The notes below the pieces were generated by a model that worked only from the letters and a program-made list of their open reading frames with translations, searched no databases and was not told the origin of the DNA. Source: Octopus bimaculoides (lineage: Eukaryota). Taken from it: 64,000 nucleotides of DNA. The translations under genes were made by a program, and so were the position numbers. Where the stretch lies: assembly GCF_001194135.2 (NCBI RefSeq), contig NC_068991.1:65502894-65566893 (forward strand). The letters run 5' to 3'. Positions 39,053 through 50,139 of the stretch are shown piece by piece. Position 1 is the stretch's first letter. Each line of letters opens with the position of its first letter.

Positions 39053-39384
39053 TACGTTTTCATCATCATAATTACACTTTCATCATCATCATCATCATAA
39101 TTATCATGATTATCAATATCACCATCACATCATTATCATCATCATCTCCACCACCATCACCACTTTCCTCTTCCTCCTCCTGTCTCATCATCATCATCAT
39201 CTTGTTTTTACCCTTATCACCATCACATGCTCAAGCTCCTCCTCTTCTCTTCATCATCATTGTCATGGTTATCAAAATCACCATCACCATAATCATCACC
39301 ATCCCCACATCATCATCATCATCATCATCAACACCATCCGTATTTTAATCTGTTTGCTATTATTGGTTGATGAGTCTTTTATAT

Positions 39385-39651
39385 ACTTTTATTCTTTTAC
39401 TTGTTTCAGCCATTTGACTGCGGCCATGCTAGAGCAATGCCTTGAAGGGTTTTGAGTTGAACAGATCAACCCCAGGACTTATTTTTATTGAAACTAAATA
39501 CTTATTCTATCAGTCTCTTTTGCTGAACTACTAAGTTACAGGGATATAAACACACCAGCACCAATTGTCAAGCAGTGGTTGGGGTACAAACACAGATACA
39601 AAGACACACACACAGACATATACATACATACATACATACATACATACACAT

Positions 39652-39687
<36 letters not shown>

Positions 39688-39927
39688 GCCGAACTGCTAA
39701 GTTATGGGGATGTAAACATACCAACATTGGTTGTCAAGCAATAATGGGGGGACAAACACAGACATACAAACATATACACATATACACACACATGTGTGTG
39801 TGTGTACGATGGGCTTCTTTCAGTTTCTGTCTACCAAATCCACTCACAAGGCTTTGGTCAGCCCAAGGCACTTGCCCAAGGTACCACATAGTGGGACTGA
39901 ACCCAGAACCATACAGTTGGTAAGCAA
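39385..39927 (-). mobile_element. SINE family A with internal partial duplication, head cut at the mariner end
   Basis: The GAACTACTAAGTTACAGGGA segment occurs at about 39525 and about 39690. The head stops at TTGGTAAGCAA, immediately before the mariner TIR. Confidence 0.8.
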
Positions 39928-40652
39928 TATTAGGTCATCCCACAGCTAATGTGGTTTTTTTTACTTTTTTTTTTTCAAAATTAAGATAAATGCAGTTCTT
40001 TTTTAATCTAAAATATACTCGCCTTCATTTTCTACAATGCTCTTCCATCTATCTGGTAGACTTGCAAGGCCCCTCTTCCAAAATTCACTTGTCCATGATG
40101 AAAAATACTCCTTCAGTACTATTTTGACCTCAACTACAGAATTCATATTTTTGCCATCCAAATGATTTTGAAGATTGCGGAATAAATGATAATTATAAGG
40201 GGCAATGTCCAATGAATGTGGTGGGTGGGGCATCGTTTCCCATTCAAACTGCTCCACCCTTTGGAATATCATCCTTGTTGTATGTAGCCAAGCATTTTCC
40301 TGATGGAAGAACACCTTCCATCTTGAAACCAAAGATGGTCGTTTTTCTTCTAGTGCTGACTTAAGCTGCTCACAGTAGATCTCCTTTGTCATTGTTTGAT
40401 TTGGACTTGAAAGTTCAAAGTGGACTAAACCTTTCATATCCCATCAAACAGATAACAACACCTTATGTGGGTGAAGACCTTCTTTAGTCTGGGGTGCCAG
40501 TGTTTTATCATTTCCCTACCTACTGTCTTTGGCATTTGACATTTTTATAGAGAACCCATTTCTCATCACCAGTCACTCTTCGGTCCAAAACAGGTTCACT
40601 CCTGAGACGTGACAGCAAAGAAGAGCACACATTTACTCTTTGCGTGTGATTA
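39928..40652 (-). mobile_element. Mariner (Tc1/mariner, DD34D) transposase remnant with right TIR
   Basis: LDRRVTGDEKWVLY, FHQENAWLH, HPPHSLDIAPYNYHLF, LPDRWKSIVENEGEYILD*. The 2nd and 3rd catalytic D positions read E and N. TA+TTAGGTCATCC TIR-like end at 39928. The 5' half is missing. Confidence 0.92.
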
Positions 40653-40654
40653 GA

Positions 40655-40800
40655 CTCAGAATGTTTAGCAGCATTTCGTCTGTCTTTACATTCTGAGTTC
40701 AAATTCTGCCATGGTTGGATTTGCCTTTCATCCTTCTGGAGGTCACTGAAACAGGTATCAGTTGCACACTGGAGTTGCTGTAATCGACTACTTCCTCTTC
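40655..40800 (+). mobile_element. SINE family D fragment
   Basis: GCATTTCGTCTGTCTTTACATTCTGAGTTCAAATTCTGCC...TTTGCCTTTCATCC. Confidence 0.8.
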
Positions 40801-40927
40801 TCCTTGGAATGACTAACCAAACTATCTAATTAGTTAAACCGTTAATTAATTGACTAATAATAATAAAAGAAGTAAGATAAAACCAGTGTGTGTCTGTTTG
40901 TTATTGGCATAATGACCCACCATTTGT

Positions 40928-41195
40928 GAAGGCACATGGCTCAGTGGTAAGAGTGTTGAGCTTACAATCGTGAGGTTGTGAGTTCGATTCCTGGACCGGG
41001 CTGTGTGTTGTGTTCTTGAGCAAGACACTTTATTTCACTTTGCTCCAGTTCATTCAGCTGTAGAAATGAGTTGCGATGTCACTGGTGCCTTTGATTTTCC
41101 CTTGGATAACATCGGTGGCGTGATGAGGGGAGGCTGGGCGACTGCTGGTCTTCCATAAAACAACCTTGCCTGGACTTGTACCTCGGAGGGTAACT
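40928..41195 (+). mobile_element. SINE family E
   Basis: TGGCTCAGTGGTAAGAG A-box, GTTCGATTCC B-box, GTGTTCTTGAGCAAGACACTT motif. Confidence 0.85.
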
Positions 41196-41530
41196 ATATG
41201 CTTTACAAAAAATCCCATACTAGTTTTTAAGTTTCCTTTCTTTGTAATGCAGGTCATTTCAGTGCTTCTACATAGGACTCAGACTTCCTAAAACATGGAA
41301 ATACATGAGAGCATAAACTAACACGGATATCATTGTCCTCTTTATACTATTAACTATTGTTCAAGAACCCAACTTACAAACTAAAACATGTACTTTAAGA
41401 GATACCAACACATATATGAATGCCAACTTTATATTATAAGCTATTGTTCTGATTCTCACACAGTGTTGTAGATTAACAACTTAGCTGTATGATTTACAGG
41501 TTTACTTTGCAACAATGTACTTTTGGGTTT

Positions 41531-41800
41531 CACCCTTTAACAGTCAAAACCGACCGTATCCAGCCAAAATATTCTGCTTGCTTTATGTTCAAACTGGACA
41601 GATCTGGTGTCTCACACCTACCCAACAATGTCATTTTGAACATAAACAATCACATCATCAAAATCTCAAGGTTATAAAATAATGCAGGACAAATTCGAAA
41701 TAATGTGAACAAGAGCACTCAGAGAGTGCAAACCTGCGCCAATGCAACACCAACGTCCTCTCAACGATTAACCAATGGTTTTTGAAATGAGAATATCTCA
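41531..41800 (-). mobile_element. Family F MITE (41531-41708) interrupted by the 3' end of a HINE-like element (41709 to about 41800)
   Basis: Reverse homology to 34542-34768, then ACAAGAGCACTCAGAGAGTGCAAACC, the reverse of the 16503 end. Confidence 0.65.
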
Positions 41801-41999
41801 AAAAAAATCCTTCAATGAATAACATGAGACCTTTTGGTTTTCTTTTCTCTTAAATTCCGGTCTTCCTTTGGTAATCCTGTTATTTTAGATCAATGTATAG
41901 AATTATGTATATATGTAAGTATACTGTAAAGTGTTAAAATGTATGTATAATCTCCTAATATAATAATGAGCATTGTCTTTTTTAAATATTTGTATATAT

Positions 42000-42225
42000 A
42001 GGCACAGGAGTGGCTGTGTGGTAAGTAGCTTGCTTACCAACCACATGGTTCTGGGTTCAGTCCCACTGCGTGACACCTTGGGCAAGTGTCTTCCACTNNN
42101 NNNNNNNGTCCCACTGCGTGACACCTTGGGCAAGTGTCTTCCACTATATCCTCGGGCTAACCAAAGCCTTGTGAGTGGATTTGGTAGACGGAAACTGAAA
42201 GAAGCTTGGCGTATGTATATATATA
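42000..42225 (+). mobile_element. SINE family A 5' half
   Basis: GGCACAGGAGTGGCTGTGTGGTAAGTAGC head and CORE-like motif. Confidence 0.85.
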
Positions 42226-43625
42226 TATGGTGGTGGTGGTGGGTGATGGTGGTGATGATGATGATGATGATGATGATGACGATGATGATGATGATGATGA
42301 TGATGGTGATTAATCATCCAGAGGAATTAATGGCATTTAAATCTTTGATAGGAAATTAATAATTCAAAAGACTGCTTCTACTTTATTAATAACATGGACC
42401 CTTTTAACATTGAAGTTTACTATTTCAATAACTAAAGTGCATAAATATATTTAGCAGGCTACTGATAGCTTCAGTATGCCACAGCTATATTTAGTGTACC
42501 ACATATATTCTAAGTACATAACAAACTTCTAATATGCCACTAATGTCCTGAGTGAGTTTCTGGTATCTTTGCTAAATCTCTGATGATATCCTAAGTAAGC
42601 CTTAAATATTTTCTGTACGCTGCAGGTATCTACAATATATGTCTGTAGTACACCACAGATATCTTTAGAATGCAACAGATATCCTTAGATTGCTGCAGAC
42701 ATCTGTAGAATGTCACAAACATGGGTACAGCTAAAACTGAGTGGTTGAAGAGCTTGCATTGCAACCACGTGCTATGTATCTGTATATGCATGTATATGTG
42801 TATATCTATGTATGTGTGTATGTTTGTATGTATGAATGTATTTATGTATATAGGTGCATACATATACACGTATGTATTTGTGTTTGTGTATATTTTTCAC
42901 TAATTTATTTTCGACAAAGGTATAAACATTTTTGAAGAAAGCTGAAGAAATGGTATTTGGGAAATGAAGCCCCTTGCATCAGACTTGGCAAACTCTTGTA
43001 ACTCTCACCATCAGAAATCTAGTAAATCAGTGATTGACCTGCTGGAAACCAATGTTAATGCTCACAAACTGCAATATGAGAGAAAAAAAAATGGGTGAAT
43101 AAAAAACCCTTGTACCATAGAAAGTTTTAACATTCAACTGATATCTTTGAAATAACACAAACATTGATGTCTTTAGTAAGTCGCGGGTGTCTTTATTATA
43201 CTGAAATGGTTTTTGTTTTGCCTATAGTTTAGAAAAACCTCTAAACTGAAAAGCAGAATAAATAAGTATTCGAGAAAATTAGTCAGTTATATGTATTCTT
43301 TATTCTATGCTTTATTTGTTTTCTTCGTTTCATTCATTGAACTCTGGTCATGCTGAAGTACCATTTTAGATGGTTTAGCCATTTAGACTGACCTCAGTAC
43401 TTAATTTGAAGTCTCTTTTTGCCAAACTGCAAAGTTACAGGGATGTGAACAAGCTGATACCAGTTGTCAGGAAATGGCACACAAACACAAAAGCACATAG
43501 ATGCATCCACATACAAACATATTTTTTACACATTTAGAAGAAAAGAGGTGACAATCACTCCAATGAAGGCTAACAGGCTGAAAATTCAAAGTTATTGTCA
43601 CCTCTTTCCTTGCAAAAGTATTTTA

Positions 43626-43658
<33 letters not shown>

Positions 43659-43940
43659 NNNNNNNNNNNNNNNNNNNNNNNNNNNNNNNNNNNNNNNNNN
43701 NNNNNNNNNNNNNNNNNNNNNNNNNNNNNNNNNNNNNNNNNNNNNNNNNNNNNNNNNNNNNNNNNNNNNNNNNNNNNNNNNNNNNNNNNNNNNNNNNNNN
43801 NNNNNNNNNNNNNNNNNNNNNNNNNNNNNNNNNNNNNNNNNNNNNNNNNNNNNNNNNNNNNNNNNNNNNNNNNNNNNNNNNNNNNNNNNNNNNNNNNNNN
43901 NNNNNNNNNNNNNNNNNNNNNNNNNNNNNNNNNNNNNNNT

Positions 43941-44235
43941 TCTACAGCTGGATGCCCTTCCTAACGCCAACCACCCAGAGAGTGTAGTAGGTGCTTTTAC
44001 GTGTCACCTGCACGAAGGCCAGTCAGGTGATACTGGCAATGGCCACGCTCGAAATGGTGTCTTTTATGTGCCACCCGCACAAGCCAGTCCAGGGGCACTG
44101 GCAACGATCTCGCTTGAAAATCCTACGGAAGCCAGTCAGGCGGTACTGGCAACGGCCACGCTCAAAATGGTGCATCTTATGTGCCACCCGCACAAGAGCC
44201 AGTCCAGGGGCACTGGCAACGATCTTACTTGGCTT
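43941..44235 (-). mobile_element. Family C fragment with about 60-bp subrepeats
   Basis: TCTACAGCTGGATGCCCTTCCTAACGCC, then repeated GCCAGTCAGG...ACTGGCAA...GCCACCCGCAC units. Confidence 0.85.
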
Positions 44236-45274
44236 AGCCAAACTGGTGCATCATGGGAAAATACTTTGAAAGTAATGCGCCCCTTAAATGTGAATACGAA
44301 AGGAACAAAACAAGTTTCATGTAAACTGGACCAGTAGCTATTGAGATATTCGTGGTTTTGGGGTATAAATAATCAAAATGGTGCATAATGGGAAAATACT
44401 TCAAAAAATAACTTTAGCCTGAAAGGGAAGAAACACTAACCTTTCCATTAGACACACTATGATAGGCAGAATATTGTAAAGTGAAGATGACTTTATTTCG
44501 TAAAAGACCTGTTCATAATCTTAGTGTGAAACTCAGAACCACTTGGTTGGGAAGTAAACTTCTAACTACACAGCCACACCAGCACCCATATATATATACA
44601 TATGTATATGTATATGTATATGTATATGCATATATTATCACCATCATCATTTAATGTCTGTCTTCCCATGCATACATGGGTAGGACTGTTGACAGGGACT
44701 GGCCTTATAGAAGATTACCCCAGGCTACTGTGTCTGTTTTGGCAGGGTTTTTACATTCCATCTACCAAAATTCATTCCCATGGCATGATGCTGCAGTAGA
44801 AGACACCTGCCCAAGGTGTTGCACTATGGAGTTGAACCCAGCAACATGTGATTACAGAGCAAGTTACTTTAACCTCATGGTCACACTCGAGGCTGGTGGT
44901 GGTGGTGGTGGTGGTGGTGGTAAATGTGGTGTGTTGGTGATGGTTATTAAGAAGTGTCATTTCTTGATAGAGTCACAGCCTATGGTGAAACAAAAGGGTA
45001 AGCATGAAGCTGTATTATGTAAAATTACAGTAAATGGTTGGTGTTTGGTGGGGAGTGATTAAAACATTAATTTGTTTTTGCTTACTATGGTAGGTATGAC
45101 TGGGCTCTTTGTAACATTAGACCAGTAGTTATGTCAATAAAACTTATTTAAACAACTGACAATAAAGAAATCATACAATTGCTGCACAGTCAATAAAGCT
45201 TAGTGAGAGGAAAGTCGGAGAAGTGAAGGCAATTATTGACGATCACTAATATTATATTGACACAGCCACTGTAT

Positions 45275-45670
45275 TTATGGGTGTGTGGGCAAGAAGTTTG
45301 CTTCCTGGTCAGGAGGTCATGGGTTCAGTCCTGCCGTGTGGCACCTTAGGTAAGTGTCTTCTACTATAACCACAGACCAACCTTGTGAGTGAATTTGTGT
45401 TGTGTTGTGTGTGTGTGTGTGAGTGAGTGAGTGAATGAGTATGTGTGTGCCCTTGTCTTTACATTATGTAATGGTCATAAATGAATATATCCATCTTGGA
45501 AACAGGTGAGGGTTTGCAACAGAAAGGGCATCCAGCTGTAGAAAAATTTGCCTCAACAAATTTTGTCCGATGCATACAAGCATGGAATAGTGGACTTTAA
45601 ATGATGATGAGGATGATGATGATGATGATAATGATGATGATGAAGATGATGATGATGTGGATGATGATGA
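45275..45670 (+). mobile_element. Mosaic SINE: family A head plus family C (GAT)n tail
   Basis: GGTTCAGTCC...CCTTAGGTAAGTGTC head, (TG)n, then GGGCATCCAGCTGTAGAAA...AGCATGGAATAGTGGAC-(GAT)n. Confidence 0.7.
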
Positions 45671-45744
45671 TGACAGCTCCTCTACATTTGTGGGTGCATG
45701 GATGAGAAGTTTTCTTTACTATCCTGTGGTTTCAGGTTTCAGCC

Positions 45745-46378
45745 CATTCATCATCATCATCATCCTTGTCTAATGTCCGCTTTCAATGCTGGCACGGATG
45801 GGACAGTTTGCCAGGAGCTGGCCAGACAGGAGCCTGCACTAAACTTCTGTAACTGTTTTGGCAGGATTTTTACTGCTGGATGCCCTTCCTAACATCAAAC
45901 ACTCAGCTGAGTGGACTTAGTGCTTTTTATGTGGCACAAGCACAGTTGGTCACACCCCATTAAAACAAAATAGGAAACCTTCACAGCAACACCCCTGTTT
46001 CTGTCTTCATTTCCTCTCTCCCTCTCTCTCACTCTCTCTTTCTCTCTCCCTCTCTCTCACTCTCTCTTTCTCTCTCCCTCTCTCTCTTTCTCTCATCCCT
46101 TCTCTCTCCCCTCTCTCTCTTTCTCTCTCTCCCTCTCTCTTTCTTTCTTTCGTTCCAGGTTCAATCCCACTGCCTGGCACCTTGGACAAGTGTCTTCTGC
46201 TATTGCCTTGGGCCAACCAAAGCCTTGTGAGTGGTTTTGGTAGACGGAAACTGAAAGAAGCCTGCTGTATATATGTGTGTAGGTGTGCAGGTGTGTGTGT
46301 GTGTGTGTGTGTATTTGTCCCACCACCACCACTTGAAAACTAGTGCCAATGTGTTTACATCCCTATAATTTTGAGGCT
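45745..46378. mobile_element. Family C (-) fragment, (CT)n tract, family A (+) 5' part
   Basis: (CAT)n...TAATGTCCGCTTTCAATGCTGGC at about 45750. A-type head from about 46150 runs into a gap. Confidence 0.75.
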
Positions 46379-47726
46379 NNNNNNNNNNNNNNNNNNNNNN
46401 NNNNNNNNNNNNNNNNNNNNNNNNNNNNNNNNNNNNNNNNNNNNNNNNNNNNNNNNNNNNNNNNNNNNNNNNNNNNNNNNNNNNNNNNNNNNNNNNNNNN
46501 NNNNNNNNNNNNNNNNNNNNNNNNNNNNNNNNNNNNNNNNNNNNNNNNNNNNNNNNNNNNNNNNNNNNNNNNNNNNNNNNNNNNNNNNNNNNNNNNNNNN
46601 NNNNNNNNNNNNNNNNNNNNNNNNNNNNNNNNNNNNNNNNNNNNNNNNNNNNNNNNNNNNNNNNNNNNNNNNNNNNNNNNNNNNNNNNNNNNNNNNNNNN
46701 NNNNNNNNNNNNNNNNNNNNNNNNNNNNNNNNNNNNNNNNNNNNNNNNNNNNNNNNNNNNNNNNNNNNNNNNNNNNNNNNNNNNNNNNNNNNNNNNNNNN
46801 NNNNNNNNNNNNNNNNNNNNNNNNNNNNNNNNNNNNNNNNNNNNNNNNNNNNNNNNNNNNNNNNNNNNNNNNNNNNNNNNNNNNNNNNNNNNNNNNNNNN
46901 NNNNNNNNNNNNNNNNNNNNNNNNNNNNNNNNNNNNNNNNNNNNNNNNNNNNNNNNNNNNNNNNNNNNNNNNNNNNNNNNNNNNNNNNNNNCACTGGTTC
47001 TCTGTATCTTTGATTGTAAGAGTAACAAAGAAATATCTGTAAGTTGGTTTCTTTTATCATTTACCTTTTAATTGTTTCAGTCGTAGGACTGTGACCATGC
47101 TGGGACCATAGGCTTGGGAACAGGGGTGCAGGAGTACCAAGTGCATCCCCTAACATTTTTGGTGTGCTTTGAACATCCATCCTGAAAAACTGGGTTTGCA
47201 CCCCCTAAACAAATTTTGTTCCCTTATTTTTTTAAGTCTGGTACTTACTCTGGTTGTCTCTTTTGCCACACTGCCCAGTTACAGGGATGTAGACAAACCA
47301 ATACCAGTTATAAAGCATTGGAGGTTGGGATAAACACATACATACATACATACATACATGATGGCCGTCCACTCGTGACCGAGGAAGACCATTGCCGACC
47401 TTCAGGAACATTCTGCGCTCTAGGACTAACTTACATTTAGCATTTACGGCTCCGTAAATACATACATACATACATACATACATACATGCATACATACATA
47501 CATACATACATACCTACATATGTGACAGACTCTCCCATTGTAGACAACATGAGTAGATTTTCCTTGGAGGTATTTGGATATTCCTCAGGGAGTACAGTAG
47601 AAGTTGTCTCTCCATTGCAAACTGTTGGTTAGATGTTTGTGAATGGCTTGCAACAGAATCTAGAGCAATTGTATGAGTGAGTGGACAAACGAAAGAAGGG
47701 CACTCAACCAATTTATTGGGAGTTAC

Positions 47727-47884
47727 ATATATGGATCAAAACAGTTTGATTCAAATTCGTTGGTACTCTTGAGTTTCAAGTGCGATGATAGTCGTCAGTC
47801 ATTTTGGGCTGGCTGATGACTAGCATCATGCTTGAAACTCAAGAGTACCAACGAATTTGAATCAAACTGTCTTGATCCATATAT
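47727..47884. repeat. 158-bp palindrome in (TA)n whose arms carry hammerhead-ribozyme-like cores
   Basis: Outer 54-bp arms differ at one position. The right arm reads TGG-CTGATGA-CTAGCATCATGCTT-GAAAC-TCAAGAG-TA-CCA, and the left arm gives CTGACGA...GAAACTCAAGAGTACCA on the minus strand. Confidence 0.85.
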
Positions 47885-48149
47885 ATATATATATATATAT
47901 GGGAGAATGTACGAAAAAACAACAACAGACGAGGACAGGTGGTGTAAATAACAAAAGGATATCTTGGAAATGTGTGGCATATTCTGTATAGAGGCTTTCT
48001 TAATCAAGTTTCAGAAGTGATGCTGTAGACACATCCTTTGTGTGAATAATGGTCAAATACCAAAACAAATCTTTTATGGTCAGCTTGTAAATTTATGATG
48101 TAATGTAGGCCAGCCACTTCTACAGTATAAGAACAATTTAAAACATAAT

Positions 48150-48440
48150 TTGAAACACCAGAGTACTAGAAAAGAAAATTTTCAGAATCTTGAGAGAAAC
48201 CATACAAACTGGAGGAGAGAGTGCTTTTTCCGGCTTCAAAATTTCAAAATCCAAAGGGTACAACATGAAGAAGAGTTACAGGAAAATAAGAAAAGAAATG
48301 AACAAAATAATCTTCCCACAAACCACCATTGTGATTTCTCAGATAGATCACATGCTGGTTTAATAAGTCATGCTCATGTTCATATCCATATTGCTTTTGG
48401 TGGCCTGGGGACTCACATGAGGAGTCATCAGGTGAAGTGA
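48150..48440 (+). mobile_element. RTE-type LINE 3' fragment
   Basis: NFQNLERNHTNWRREC...QRVQHEEEL...HCDFSDRSHAGLISHAHVH resembles the RTE terminus W..LA.DR..WR...C..C.R...GLxSHxR.H. Confidence 0.55.
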
Positions 48441-48596
48441 ATGAATTGTAAACATTGGTGAATGGTAGTAATAGTAATGTGTGTTGTTGATTGTCTATTT
48501 GGCTGGACTTTCTTTTTCTGTCTTTTCACTGAACACTCATATGTTGCCTATGATGGGAGAGTCTGTCACATATGTATGTATGTATGTATGTGTTGT

Positions 48597-48983
48597 GGAG
48601 GTGCAATGGCCCAGTGGTTAGGGCAGCGGACTCGCGGTCATAGGATTGCGGTTTTGATTCCCAAAACGGGTGTTGTGAGTGTTTATTGAGCGAAAACACC
48701 TAAAAGCTCCACGAGGCTCCGGCAGGGGATGGTGACAAACCCTGCTGTACTCTTCTACCACAACTTTCTCTCACTCTTTCTTCCTGTTTCTGTTGTGCCT
48801 GTAATTCAAAGGGCCAGCCTTGTCACACTGTGTCACGCTGAATCTCCCTGAGAACTACGTTAAGGGTACACGTGTCTGTGGAGTGCTCAGCCACTTGCAC
48901 GTTAATTTCACGAGCAGGCTGTTCCGTTGATCGGATCAACTAGAACCCTCGACGTCATATGCGACGGAGTGCAAACAACAACA
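48597..48983 (+). mobile_element. SINE family B, full length, inserted in an (ATGT)n tract
   Basis: TGGAGGTGCAATGGCCCAGTGGTTAGGGCAGCGGACTC head to (CAA)n tail. ATGTATGTGT on both sides is TSD-like. Confidence 0.92.
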
Positions 48984-49490
48984 ATGTATGTGTGTATGTA
49001 TGTATGTGTTTATCCCAACCTCCAGTGCTTTATAACTGGTATTGGTTTGTCTACATCCCTGTAACCAGGCAGTGTGGCAAATGAGACAACCAGAGTAAGT
49101 ACCAGACTTAAAAAAATAAGGGAACAAAATTTGTTTAGGGGGTGCAAACCCAGTTTTTCAGGAGGATGTTCAAAGCAAACCAAAACTGTTAGGGGATGCA
49201 CTTGGTACTCCTGCACCCCTGTTCCCAAGCCTATGGTCCCAGTATGGCCACAGTCCTAAGACTGAAACAATTAAAAGGTAAATGATAAAAGAAACCAACT
49301 TACAGATATTTCTTTGTTACTCTTACAATCAAATAGGATAAAATCTTTATAAGAATTTATCAAGTAGTTTGACTTTTAGAGTCCCTCCTAGCATGAGACA
49401 TTCATGTATAGTAATGCCCTTAATATAAATAAATTATATATNNNNNNNNNNNNNNNNNNNNNNNNNNNNNNNNNNNNNNNNNNNTATATA

Positions 49491-49624
49491 TAAGTGGATT
49501 TGGCAAGCCACATGCATGAATGTACACGTGTATGTATGCATGTGTATATGCATGTATGTATAGATATGTACGTATGTATGTATGCGTGTGTATATGCATG
49601 TATGTATAGATATATATGCATGTG

Positions 49625-49660
<36 letters not shown>

Positions 49661-49804
49661 CACACATGCATATATATCTATACATACATGCATATACACA
49701 CGCATACACACATATCTATACATACATGCATATACACATGCATACATACATACACGTGTACATTCATGCATGCTGACATGCATGTGGCTTGCCAAATCCA
49801 CTTA
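49491..49804. repeat. About 314-bp near-perfect palindrome centred on (TA)n
   Basis: TAAGTGGATTTGGCAAGCCACATGCATG at the left end and CATGCATGTGGCTTGCCAAATCCACTTA at the right. The ORF track shows mirror-image translations on opposite strands. Confidence 0.9.
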
Positions 49805-50139
49805 CAAAGTTTTGGTAGGTGCAGAACTATAGTTAAAGACACTTTCCCAAAGTTTTACTATTGGTTTTCTAAGAATATGGTAGAATGTTTTTGAAAATTT
49901 AGACATTTGTATATTGTTAGATTAATTTTTAAAAAATTTTATTTTGTGTGGTCATTTAATATCTCTCACAATATTCTTTTATTATTTTAGTAGTCTACTA
50001 GTTAATCCGTCTTGTTATTGGTTAGTCAACAGGTCAGTACTGATTGAACAGACTGATGCACAGAGACAGTCCAATCATGATAATCCAGCCTTCTTTCAGG
50101 CATAGTGTATCTAAGACTACATTATCAAATGTCTTTCTG

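Larger units (their letters stand above)
47009..49333. repeat. Long inverted duplication (arms 47009-47554 and 48535-49333) around a spacer of about 1 kb
   Basis: 47009-47359 is the reverse complement of 48984-49333 (roughly 95% by eye), and 47516-47554 of 48535-48575. Each arm carries a different later insertion in its (ATAC)n tract. Confidence 0.92.

Noticed and set aside
42059-42147. Exact 38-bp direct repeat either side of a 10-N gap
   Set aside because: Typical scaffolding artefact of overlapping contig ends.
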